From an uncultured Methanosarcinales archaeon (GTDB taxonomy: Archaea > Nanobdellota > Nanobdellia > Woesearchaeales > DSVV01), in NCBI GenBank assembly GCA_964390375.1, contig CAYMIF010000002.1, forward strand, positions 4,191-68,190: DNA of 64,000 nucleotides. Direction: 5' to 3'. The notes under the pieces were generated by a model. That model had not been told where the DNA came from. It saw only the letters and a program-made list of their open reading frames with translations, and did not search any database. The position numbers and the translations under genes are program-made. This document shows positions 8,590-17,607 of the stretch, piece after piece (positions within the stretch are counted from its first letter, which is position 1; every line of letters begins with the position of its first letter).

Positions 8590-11442
8590 CTATTGTTGTT
8601 CTATCTTTCTGACAACACCCTGGTTTCCGTCTATCTCTATCAGTTCTCCGTCCTTGATGTTTTTGGTTCCTGACTTGACTCCGACCACACAAGGTATCCC
8701 TGCCTCTCTGGCAAGTATTGCCGGATGCGCGGTGATTCCAGTCCCACCATCGCATACCACTCCTGCTGCATTCTCAAGAGCCGGTGCAAAAGACGGAACG
8801 ATCTGGGTGGTCACGATGATCTCTCCTTTTTTGACCCGTAATGATTCATCAGGATTCATGATGACTCTTGCCTTCCCTCTTGCTTTTCCTGATGATACTC
8901 CGAAGCCTTTCAGTTCTTTTTTCTCTTCCTTCTGCTCGACCAGCCGGTCATAGAGGAGTTCAGCCTCTTCGCCTGAGATGACTTCTGTCTCTTCGTCTCT
9001 GACAATATATGCGGATAATCTCATCCGTTCAGCAAGTTCGTTTTTGAGTTCATTGTTTCCTTTTGCATCAAGTATTCTCCCGATCTCCTCGGTTTTCAGG
9101 AACCTTACGTGGTTCACAGAGACCTTGGCTCTCCTTGCTGTCTCTTCCAGTACAGAATCGAAATAGAACAGGCTGATGGAAACATACTTTTTCCTCAGCT
9201 CTTTTAGGTATATGCCGTCCCTGAGTGCAGCAAATTCTCTTGAGATCTCCTTCCCAAGTGTTTTTCCGATATCCTCAAAATCTTTCTTGATCCTCTCATT
9301 CTCGTCCAGTCTGCTCTTCAGCTCTTTTTCAAATCCCACAGTCAGGATATCTCTTGTCCGTTGCACAAAATCATGATAACCAAGCACCGGGTCTTCATAG
9401 TCTCTTGTGATCCAGAAATATCTCTTGCAATGGTTAATGAACATAGCATCAAGCTCCTGGTCGCTCTTGATTTTCTTTACGGTTGTCTTCAGGTCATCCT
9501 CATCAAAAAATCTCTTCCATTTCTTCTTCTCAGATATCTTCTTTGCAAGCTTCAGCGCATCCAGCCTCTCGGTTCCATTGACCTTGGCCCTCGGTTCGTT
9601 GATCAGGGCAGAGAAAAGTTCTTCAGGATCTCTTTTGCTGAGCTCATCTGGCTTGGCATATTCTATTTTCTTTTCCAGCGCATTTTTCAGGTGTCCTACC
9701 AGTTTATGCTCGCAGCTTAGTATGGCAAAATAGTGCGAATAGATCTCCTTGTATCTTTGCTTGTACTCAGAAAAGACCTCTTTTAGCTCGCGAGAATCAA
9801 GCTTTCTGGCGCGCTTGCTGACATCCTCTATCCATGAGATGAACTCATCCCCCCTCTTCTTCACCTCTTTGCTCATCCTCGCAAAAAGTCCAGGATCATC
9901 GATGACTAAAGAGAAGACATGCTCTGCCACTTCCTCCTGGTCTTCTGAGTCGAAGAACCAGTTCGCGATCCTGTCGCGGAATATGATCATGGCAAAACTA
10001 TAGCCTTTTTTGACTACCTTTTCCATCTCTTTCATGATGCTTTCCATCGAGAAATAGTTCGGGAAAGGCGTCACCCTCTGCCTGGTTGACTTGTGTTCAA
10101 GGATTCTTTTCCTCACAGTCCCTTCCTTTGTCTCGATCCAGTCTCCTGTTTTGATGATTCTCGTTCCTTTGTCTGTTCCGACTATGCATGGCTTCTTCAT
10201 CTCCCTCGCGACAATCGCGGCATGGCAGAGGAGCCCGCCGTCATCAGTGATGAACGCTTTTGCCTTGTTCATGGCCGGCAGGAACTCAGGATTCGTCATC
10301 GGCGTGACAAGGATCTCTCCCTTTGAAAAGTTCTCGAAGTCTCGGGGATTGTTGACCACTCTTGCTATCCCGAAAAAATCCTGCTTCACTGAAGCTTGTT
10401 TCCCGCTCAGTTCCTTTTCATCTTCCTCGTCTGCTCTTTCCTTCTTCAGCTCTTCAGAATATATGTCTTCAGTGTCAAGAATTATCACGCCTGAATTATA
10501 CCAGAGCAGATGGTCCTTTCTTCTTCTTTCCAGCTCTTTTCCGGAGACTGTGCATCTGCCAATCTTTAGGGATTCCAGTAATTCGCAGTACCTCATGTTG
10601 CAGACATCTTCGTATTCTACTTTGAGTCTTTTCCCTATCCCCTGCCACATAGGCTGCAGGGTCTCGATCGCAAGGTTCACGGTCTCGTCTGCCTTGTTCG
10701 GAAAATCGCCGAATTCCCTGCAGGCATCGATCATCTTCTCATATTGTTCTGGTACTTTCAGCTTCAGCACTTTATCGGGTCTGCCTGCTTTCTCTTCAGC
10801 CTTCAGGTTCTTCTTCATCTCCTTTAGGTCTTCAGGGGTCAGCCCTTTTCCCCAGAAATAGTATCTGCCGAGGTGGCTGAACTTCTCGCTGAGTTTCTTT
10901 AGGTCATGTCCAGAATATAGATCGTCCACAAGCTCTGCCATCTCTGTCTTATGTTTCGGGCTTATGTACCTCAGAAGGTCATCTTTCTGATATCCTATAT
11001 CTTCCAGCTCTTCGACGATCTTAGGGATTATGTGCTCATCGATTATCACATAGCTGTATATGATGGGCCCTGCCCAGAACTTAGCTGCAAGTGAGCGAAA
11101 ATCCGTTATCAGTCCAGGCCAGTTGCTCTCCTTCTTCCATGGTCTTTTCGATTGCCATTCAAGGACAGTCTTTCGGAATTCTTTGATGAATCCTATTGCA
11201 GTGTTTGCTAGGTCATGGGCTTTCTGCGGGTCATTATGCATCCATTCATCGAGTGTTCCTTTGAGCATTTCATAGTCTTTAGCAGACAGCTCCCTTTTAT
11301 TTGCGAACTGGCGGTAATGCTTAAATGTCATGTCGATGCCATAATGCTTCTTGACTATTCTTTCCTTCATCGCCCACATAGGTATCTCTATTATCAGTAC
11401 CGCATGGTTGCGTCCTCTCCTGGTCAGGTTTCTCCATTCCAT
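8590..11442 (-). CDS. PEP-utilizing-enzyme family protein with two phosphohistidine 'mobile/swivel' domains (PpsA-like C-terminal modules), each preceded by a helical domain
   Basis: Two swivel-domain signatures are present: GGLLCHAAIVAREMKKPCIVG (aa ~410) and GGTGITAHPAILAREAGIPCVVG (C-terminus). No ATP-grasp signature was recognised. Confidence 0.6.
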   Translation of the reverse strand: MEWRNLTRRGRNHAVLIIEIPMWAMKERIVKKHYGIDMTFKHYRQFANKRELSAKDYEMLKGTLDEWMHNDPQKAHDLANTAIGFIKEFRKTVLEWQSKRPWKKESNWPGLITDFRSLAAKFWAGPIIYSYVIIDEHIIPKIVEELEDIGYQKDDLLRYISPKHKTEMAELVDDLYSGHDLKKLSEKFSHLGRYYFWGKGLTPEDLKEMKKNLKAEEKAGRPDKVLKLKVPEQYEKMIDACREFGDFPNKADETVNLAIETLQPMWQGIGKRLKVEYEDVCNMRYCELLESLKIGRCTVSGKELERRRKDHLLWYNSGVIILDTEDIYSEELKKERADEEDEKELSGKQASVKQDFFGIARVVNNPRDFENFSKGEILVTPMTNPEFLPAMNKAKAFITDDGGLLCHAAIVAREMKKPCIVGTDKGTRIIKTGDWIETKEGTVRKRILEHKSTRQRVTPFPNYFSMESIMKEMEKVVKKGYSFAMIIFRDRIANWFFDSEDQEEVAEHVFSLVIDDPGLFARMSKEVKKRGDEFISWIEDVSKRARKLDSRELKEVFSEYKQRYKEIYSHYFAILSCEHKLVGHLKNALEKKIEYAKPDELSKRDPEELFSALINEPRAKVNGTERLDALKLAKKISEKKKWKRFFDEDDLKTTVKKIKSDQELDAMFINHCKRYFWITRDYEDPVLGYHDFVQRTRDILTVGFEKELKSRLDENERIKKDFEDIGKTLGKEISREFAALRDGIYLKELRKKYVSISLFYFDSVLEETARRAKVSVNHVRFLKTEEIGRILDAKGNNELKNELAERMRLSAYIVRDEETEVISGEEAELLYDRLVEQKEEKKELKGFGVSSGKARGKARVIMNPDESLRVKKGEIIVTTQIVPSFAPALENAAGVVCDGGTGITAHPAILAREAGIPCVVGVKSGTKNIKDGELIEIDGNQGVVRKIEQQ

Positions 11443-11443
11443 C

Positions 11444-12913
11444 TTATTTCACTCTCCTGACTTTTCCTGCCTTTGTGTCTACTTCCACAATGTCGCCGTC
11501 TGAGAAGACCTGGGTTGCGTTCTTTGTTCCGACGATGCAGGGTATGCCCAGTTCTCTGGAGACGATAGCTGCGTGGCATGTTATCCCGCCTTCGTCAGTC
11601 ACGATTGCAGCGGCTTTCCTGATTGCGGGCATTAGGTCCGGGTTGGTTGCAGATGAGACAAGCACGTCGCCCTTCTCCATCTTTGCCATGTCTTGCGGAT
11701 AATTTACTATCTTCACTCTTCCTTTCGCATGGCCCATGCTGCTTGCATTTCCAGAGAGTTCATCATCGCTCTCGCGCGGCGGGTCTCCTATCTGTCTCTC
11801 ATACTCTTCTGCTTTCTCACCGCAGAATATGGTGATATTGCCTGAGTCGATGAGTACAGCCTGGAATCTTTCGCGATCCACTATGTCGTCTGTATTTTTG
11901 TCCCCTGCAAGCGCAGCCTGGATCTCTCGTTCGGTCATGGACTTCGCCTGCAGAGGACTTATATTGAGCCTGATTGCGATCTCAGAAAAAAGCGGGTAAG
12001 TGAGTCTTGCCACGCGAAAGACAATGTCTTTTCTGTATGCTTTCAGGAACATGAATTTCCTGGCTACCGAAAACCAGTATGACTCGTCCTTTGTAAGGCT
12101 CAGTTCCTTTCCCAACGCCTTTTGCTTTTTTTCTGTCTGCTTGTCTTTCTTCTGCATCTCCTGCAGCCGCATTTTATGGTCTATTCCTTCTTTTTTCTCT
12201 GAGATTATCTGGTTCCTGAAATATTCGAGGTCAGCGATTGCCGGCCCGTCGTATCTGAATTGTATCCAGTCATACTTCTGCTTATGTTCATACATCATTC
12301 TCGAAGTCTTCTCAGCAGGAGATTTCTCATACTCTGATGCGATCTCAAGGAAATCTAGTTCCTGTCTCTTGAATGGGTTCATCTCAGTATGTGTAGTCAG
12401 GATTGAGAATGCGTCGTTAGGATCGATGCTCTTGTCTTTGGTCTTCCACTTCAGTATTGACATGAGCCTCTTTGTGAGCATGAAATGGTCAAAATCCGCA
12501 GCATTGATCAGATGCCCCCATATGCTCATCTCAAGATATTTCTCATTCAGCTCTTTGACATGAGCCAGGAGCTGTTCATCTGAGCGCTGCTGCATGTTGG
12601 TCGCAAAGATTTTCAATGCTTCTGATTCTGTAATATCGATGGTCTTTAGGCTTTTTCTGACAACCATGCGGAAAAACTTCTCATCCTCAAGCTTCGAGAG
12701 GACCTTTTTTGCTTCAGCAACCCAGCTCTCCATCTGAAAGCCGATCTCGATTCTCCTGTCCCTGCTCATGATCAGCGCAGGTTTTGGCTGAAAATCTATA
12801 AGTTCAGAATACCTCCTGGATGTCGCAGCAGCGATATAATTTCCAAAATGAGGGAACAGCGAGCATTCGTCCCTTGCGACAATGGTCCATTTCTTCTGCT
12901 CCATGTATATCAC
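11444..12913 (-). CDS. PEP-utilizing-enzyme family protein, single C-terminal phosphohistidine swivel domain; paralogous to each half of the downstream 950-aa gene
   Basis: C-terminal GGITCHAAIVSRELGIPCIVG. Its N-terminal helical domain resembles the middle region of the 8590..11442 product. Confidence 0.6.
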   Translation of the reverse strand: MIYMEQKKWTIVARDECSLFPHFGNYIAAATSRRYSELIDFQPKPALIMSRDRRIEIGFQMESWVAEAKKVLSKLEDEKFFRMVVRKSLKTIDITESEALKIFATNMQQRSDEQLLAHVKELNEKYLEMSIWGHLINAADFDHFMLTKRLMSILKWKTKDKSIDPNDAFSILTTHTEMNPFKRQELDFLEIASEYEKSPAEKTSRMMYEHKQKYDWIQFRYDGPAIADLEYFRNQIISEKKEGIDHKMRLQEMQKKDKQTEKKQKALGKELSLTKDESYWFSVARKFMFLKAYRKDIVFRVARLTYPLFSEIAIRLNISPLQAKSMTEREIQAALAGDKNTDDIVDRERFQAVLIDSGNITIFCGEKAEEYERQIGDPPRESDDELSGNASSMGHAKGRVKIVNYPQDMAKMEKGDVLVSSATNPDLMPAIRKAAAIVTDEGGITCHAAIVSRELGIPCIVGTKNATQVFSDGDIVEVDTKAGKVRRVK

Positions 12914-12920
12914 TCTGCCC

Positions 12921-13622
12921 TCATCTTAGGTTTACGCACTCTCCTCGAAAATAGAGCTTGCTTTGAGGCCCAGAGTATTCCAGCCTGAATGCCTCGCCCT
13001 CGCGGAATCCTCCATGAAGTAGTTTTATGTCCTTTAAGCCAGGTTCCACAAGTTGCACAAGCGCAGCCTCGATTACAGGTCCGTGTGTCACGTTCTCTAT
13101 ATGCACTGCCTGTCCTGAAGATCTGTATCCTTCAAACATCCCCTCGCATTGCCTGATCCATTGTATGATTCTCTGGCCGCACTCTTCCATTGTCTCGGTC
13201 TGTCCTTTTGGGTCTGGGTTCTGAAGAAGGAAATTCATCATGGCGTCATATTCGCCGCATGCCCTCATCGCTTTCTCATAGTCAGGGTTTTTTGAAAAAT
13301 CATATGGATTGAGAGCTTCTGCGAGTCCGACTTTGTATGATCTGTCGAAAAGGACCTCATCTTGCACACCTGTCCAGTCATTGAATCCTGCTGCTATCGA
13401 TTCAGCAGTCTCTTTTGCTCTTGTCTCCTTGGAATGATATGCGAGGAGATTGAGAACAGGGCTATCCTTTGTGCAGTAGCCTCTTGGGATTTGCTCACCA
13501 TAATGGCGGGCTCTCGCAAAGCCTTCTTCTGTCAGATGCTCAAGTTTATTCCCTTCACTGTCTCTTTGCCTTTTCTCATGCCGCCTGACAGTGATCACGA
13601 ATTTTCCTGTTTCATGTTCCAT
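12921..13622 (-). CDS. histidine phosphatase superfamily (phosphoglycerate-mutase-like) protein, tentative
   Basis: RHG-like TVRRHEKR, LTEEGFARARHYG (an LTxxGxxQA-like motif) and a second-His region THGPVIEAAL. Confidence 0.4.
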   Translation of the reverse strand: MEHETGKFVITVRRHEKRQRDSEGNKLEHLTEEGFARARHYGEQIPRGYCTKDSPVLNLLAYHSKETRAKETAESIAAGFNDWTGVQDEVLFDRSYKVGLAEALNPYDFSKNPDYEKAMRACGEYDAMMNFLLQNPDPKGQTETMEECGQRIIQWIRQCEGMFEGYRSSGQAVHIENVTHGPVIEAALVQLVEPGLKDIKLLHGGFREGEAFRLEYSGPQSKLYFRGECVNLR

Positions 13623-13751
13623 AGATTGTCACCTCGATGAAAAATACTTTATGAATGATATTATCAATAAGTAGTAAAAGATAGCTATTAATATCTAACT
13701 GATATTATTAATATTAATAATATTAAAAACAGAAATACGGACTCGCCCAGT

Positions 13752-16457
13752 CTAGCAACCGTTCTTCCATTGAAGGATTACGGTGACCAACGAAGTAATG
13801 GTTCTCGAGCCGCTCTTCCATTCAGATATCGCGAAAAGCATATCCTGTTCATTGATGCAGTCTATATCAGATTCATACGGTCCGATGTCATGCAGCCCGA
13901 TTCTGGGATTGTTCTCGATATCAGAATAATATCCACTGTCCATGCCATTGTTTATGGCTGGACTTTCTGGCTCTAATGAGAAATCCCCGCCTGCTGGATC
14001 TGTTAGCATAGGGTCTGTGCCCAGCATGCTGTTGTCACCTTCCCCGCTCCACGCAGAATCTTCATCATGATTGTCATAATAGATGTTGTGATCAGTCACA
14101 GGATTGGTGTTCATTCCGAAACCTATAGATGAATAGCAGCATGATCCGTCATAGTCATTTCCATAGCCGTTGTGAAGGAAGATGCTGTTGTAGATCTCTA
14201 TGTTGTTGTCGATGCCTGAATTGAAGTCACGCGCAACTACACCATGCTCACCGTTGTCATAGAACAGCGAATTGTAGATCCTGATATTATATGAGCCAGA
14301 ATCAAGGGATTCTGGTGACGATATCTTGATCCCTGCCTCTTCATTATCATATGATATCACATTGACCAGGATATATTCGTTGCTAACTCCGTTTTCTCTT
14401 TTCCAGAGCTTTATCCCGCAGGCGTTATGTCCGCTGGACCGAAAATTGATAATAGAGCCGCTTGATGCCGTGAAATCAAGTCCGTCTTCGTCATTGTCTG
14501 TCGCAGTGCAGTCTATGATGTTGATGTTGTCGCCTGAGCTGACTGAAAATCCGTCAGCATCCCCTGATGCCCCGCAGCCGTCGTAGTTGTCATGGCTGGC
14601 AGTTTCCCTGATTGTGATATCTGATGAGGTCCTGACAGCGACCCCAGCATGGCCGTCATTATCGTCTCCGCAACCTGACGCAGAATCGCTTACAGCATAG
14701 GCTTCGCAGGATTCCACAGTAATATCAGATGAATCCCTGATATCGATTCCGCTCTTGCAGTCATGCACGACAAGGTCCCGGAGCACGATCTCATTCGATC
14801 CTGAACTGACAGGCACGCAGTCATAGAAATTCGAGATCTCGATTCCCTCGAGGATCACATGCTCTGTGCCAGAAAAAGAAAAGCCTCTGTCCCTGTTAGA
14901 GCTTCCAGGGCTCCAGCTGCTCCTGACATGCACTGCCTCATCCTGATAATTGCTGATCCAAATCCTGCTCCCTTCCACTCCGCTCGGAACAGCGATCGTT
15001 CCTGTATTGTAAATGCCTTCCCTGATATACAGTGTATCACCTGAATCAAGGTTTTCGACCGCGCTCTTTAGGCTGCAGAACGGGTTGTTCAGGCTTCCTG
15101 GGCCTGAATCGTCGCAGTTTATCTGACCCACATAAAAGACCTGCTGTTCATCCTCTGCATCGTGCTTGGTGCAGTCATCGCTCTCTATGAGGTCCAGGAT
15201 CTCCTGCTCTCTTGCGTTCTTATACCGCATGCCTGCAGTCTGGCTCAGCTGGCTGCAAAGAGAGGTCGCAGAAACCCGGTCGAGTTGTGCCCAGCTCGGC
15301 CTCGGCCGCTCGCTTGAGACTGTTGAATATACGTCACAGCTCTCCTGGGGTATGATGTTTCCGCTGATCCAGATTCTCCCCATATTGCTGTCAGTCACAA
15401 GCTCTCCCTGTGAAACGCATTGAGCCGGACCTCCATCATCCTCGTTTCCGTGGGTATCGCCATAGATAACTGCCCTGAGTTGTTCATTGTTGCTGCTGTG
15501 CATCGAGTAATAGTAGTTGTTTATGATGTTGACATCCTGCACAAGGTTTTCTGCATCACTGTACTTGATTCTGGTAACTGTATCTGTTGACCAAACGAAA
15601 TAGAAGTTGTACATAAGGTTGTTGATAACATCGACGTTCTTGGTGTTTGCCCGAAGGATCGGCTGTCTGTGGCTGACATTGTACCAGATATTGTTGTAGA
15701 TGCTGACCCCGTTGATATCTTCCGGACTCATCGCGGCCTGGTTCGTGCTGAGCTGCAGCCCTTTGTAGACATCATAGTAAAGGATGTTTGATACTGTTGC
15801 ATTGTCTGTATTCCACCAGAGGACCATCTTAGGGTTCTCTATCGACCTGGAAGTGGACGTGATTGTCATAGAATCAAAGACATAATTGTATAGGTCGCCA
15901 TGCTCTCCGTCGAGAGATAGGTCTATTGTTGTTCCGGTATATACGATTTTCAGGTTGTTGATGATTATATCATGCACCGCAGATGTAGGCTGGTTCCTTC
16001 CGACAAACACGATCTGGTGGTTCCCTATTATTGTGACCCCGGGAGATGGTGCAGAAAATCCGTCGAATGTAAGATAAGAATGCTCATCCCTGAGCCAGAG
16101 CTTCTCAGAAAGTTGTATCGTTCCGCCGGTCTTCACTTTCACGACCCGCGGCCCTGATGTCAAAAAAGCCTTTCGAAGCGAGCACGGATCACTATAGCTG
16201 CAGTCGTGATTATCTGTTGTCGGATCTCCAAGAGTAGCATCGATCCAGAGCAACTGCCCGTCCTCGCCTCCTTTTGTTCTGCTTCCATATCCATCGTAGT
16301 GGCACCCGCATTCTGTGTCTTCGCAGTCTGTCAGGCTGTCAGAATCATCATCAATGCCGTTGCCGCAGTCCTCTGTTTCAGTCTGGCTTTGTCCAAACGC
16401 AGAGCCAGACAGGATTATTAGGACCGCCAATGCCAGTATGCTATGCAATAATCTCAT
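13752..16457 (-). CDS. secreted right-handed parallel beta-helix (pectin-lyase-fold) repeat protein with N-terminal signal peptide
   Basis: Signal peptide MRLLHSILALAVLIILSGSAFGQSQ and many beta-helix repeat signatures (NxxIxNNxxxxN, GGDFSLEPESPAINNG). The product is 901 aa and Asp/Asn/Ser-rich. Confidence 0.6.
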   Translation of the reverse strand: MRLLHSILALAVLIILSGSAFGQSQTETEDCGNGIDDDSDSLTDCEDTECGCHYDGYGSRTKGGEDGQLLWIDATLGDPTTDNHDCSYSDPCSLRKAFLTSGPRVVKVKTGGTIQLSEKLWLRDEHSYLTFDGFSAPSPGVTIIGNHQIVFVGRNQPTSAVHDIIINNLKIVYTGTTIDLSLDGEHGDLYNYVFDSMTITSTSRSIENPKMVLWWNTDNATVSNILYYDVYKGLQLSTNQAAMSPEDINGVSIYNNIWYNVSHRQPILRANTKNVDVINNLMYNFYFVWSTDTVTRIKYSDAENLVQDVNIINNYYYSMHSSNNEQLRAVIYGDTHGNEDDGGPAQCVSQGELVTDSNMGRIWISGNIIPQESCDVYSTVSSERPRPSWAQLDRVSATSLCSQLSQTAGMRYKNAREQEILDLIESDDCTKHDAEDEQQVFYVGQINCDDSGPGSLNNPFCSLKSAVENLDSGDTLYIREGIYNTGTIAVPSGVEGSRIWISNYQDEAVHVRSSWSPGSSNRDRGFSFSGTEHVILEGIEISNFYDCVPVSSGSNEIVLRDLVVHDCKSGIDIRDSSDITVESCEAYAVSDSASGCGDDNDGHAGVAVRTSSDITIRETASHDNYDGCGASGDADGFSVSSGDNINIIDCTATDNDEDGLDFTASSGSIINFRSSGHNACGIKLWKRENGVSNEYILVNVISYDNEEAGIKISSPESLDSGSYNIRIYNSLFYDNGEHGVVARDFNSGIDNNIEIYNSIFLHNGYGNDYDGSCCYSSIGFGMNTNPVTDHNIYYDNHDEDSAWSGEGDNSMLGTDPMLTDPAGGDFSLEPESPAINNGMDSGYYSDIENNPRIGLHDIGPYESDIDCINEQDMLFAISEWKSGSRTITSLVTVILQWKNGC

Positions 16458-16540
16458 GTATCTGATACTTGATTGTTTTATTTATAAAATTTCTCCAACC
16501 AAAACCTTAATAAACCCACTAACCCAGCAAGATCCTTGTC

Positions 16541-17587
16541 ATGATATCATTCATAAGCATCGCTCTCATGGTACTGATCATGCTGCTTCTCCTTTGGCTG
16601 GCAGCATGGTTCTCTGGGACAGAGACTGCATTGACAAACCTGCAGGCCCACGAGATCGCGCTCATGAGGCGCAACAAGGCGAAGAATATCGACTACATAG
16701 TCAAGCTCAGAGGCGACATGGACCGCACTTTGATCACGATCCTGATAGGAAACGACCTTGTAAACATCCTGCTCTCATCCATAGCAGCATTGTTTGCTGA
16801 AGCGCTCTTCGGAAGCTTCGGAATCTCTCTGACAATAGGTATTGTCACGTTCATCTTCATAATTCTCGGAGATATTGTCCCGAAATCCAACGCGATCCTC
16901 CACAACAGGAAGGTCTCAAGCAACAACGCAAAAGCAATATACTACATAACAAGGATATTCTATCCGATAATAGTCATATTCGTATTCCTCTCGAAGCTTG
17001 TGCTGAGGATTGGCGGGGTGAAGCAGGAGCCGCCCAAGATGGTGATATCTGACGAGCACATAAAGAGCCTGATTACGATCCAGGAAGAAAGCGGTCTTAT
17101 AAAAAAGATTGAAAAGGACATAATCTATAAGGTGTTTTCCTTCGGCGACCGTAAGATAGAGGGTATAATGGTGCCAATGAAGAAGGTCTTTGCCTTAAAG
17201 AAGAACTACTCTGTTGCAAAGGCCAGGAAGATGATAGCAGAGCACGGGTTCACGCGTGTTCCAGTCATGCTGAAGGCAAGGGTGGTTGGCCTTGTATATT
17301 CTAAGGATCTTCTGAAGAGCCATCCAAGAAAAAAGATTACAGACATAATGAGGGTGACATTCGTCGTGCCTAAATATTATGATATAACAGTCCTCTTCAA
17401 GCTCATGAAGAAGGTCCGGATACACATGGCGATTGTAAAAGACAGAAAAGACAACCATATCGGAATCGCCACAATGGAAGATATCTTAGAAGAACTCGTA
17501 GGTGAGATCTACGATGAATTCGAGGACAACAAATACGTAGAGGTCGAAAAGCTAGGGGATGCGCCTGCAGATCTTCCTAAGGATTGA
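16541..17587 (+). CDS. CNNM/CorC-family transporter (DUF21 transmembrane domain plus a CBS pair), putative Mg2+/Co2+ efflux
   Basis: The N-terminal DUF21 TM region (WFSGTETALT) is followed by CBS-like segments. Confidence 0.75.
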   Translation: MISFISIALMVLIMLLLLWLAAWFSGTETALTNLQAHEIALMRRNKAKNIDYIVKLRGDMDRTLITILIGNDLVNILLSSIAALFAEALFGSFGISLTIGIVTFIFIILGDIVPKSNAILHNRKVSSNNAKAIYYITRIFYPIIVIFVFLSKLVLRIGGVKQEPPKMVISDEHIKSLITIQEESGLIKKIEKDIIYKVFSFGDRKIEGIMVPMKKVFALKKNYSVAKARKMIAEHGFTRVPVMLKARVVGLVYSKDLLKSHPRKKITDIMRVTFVVPKYYDITVLFKLMKKVRIHMAIVKDRKDNHIGIATMEDILEELVGEIYDEFEDNKYVEVEKLGDAPADLPKD

Positions 17588-17607
17588 TCTCACCATATGC
17601 TGTTTGC

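Noticed and set aside
10091-10861. 256-aa and smaller plus-strand ORFs antisense to the PEP-utilizer genes (also 11475..12563)
   Set aside because: These are antisense shadow ORFs, Ser/Leu/Phe-rich, with no start context. The minus-strand genes carry clear domain signatures.
13623-13751. AT-rich 130-bp intergenic region with short TTAATATTAATAATATTAA iterations
   Set aside because: It is probably just an AT-rich promoter region for the phosphatase-like gene. The repeats are too short and simple to call a functional element.
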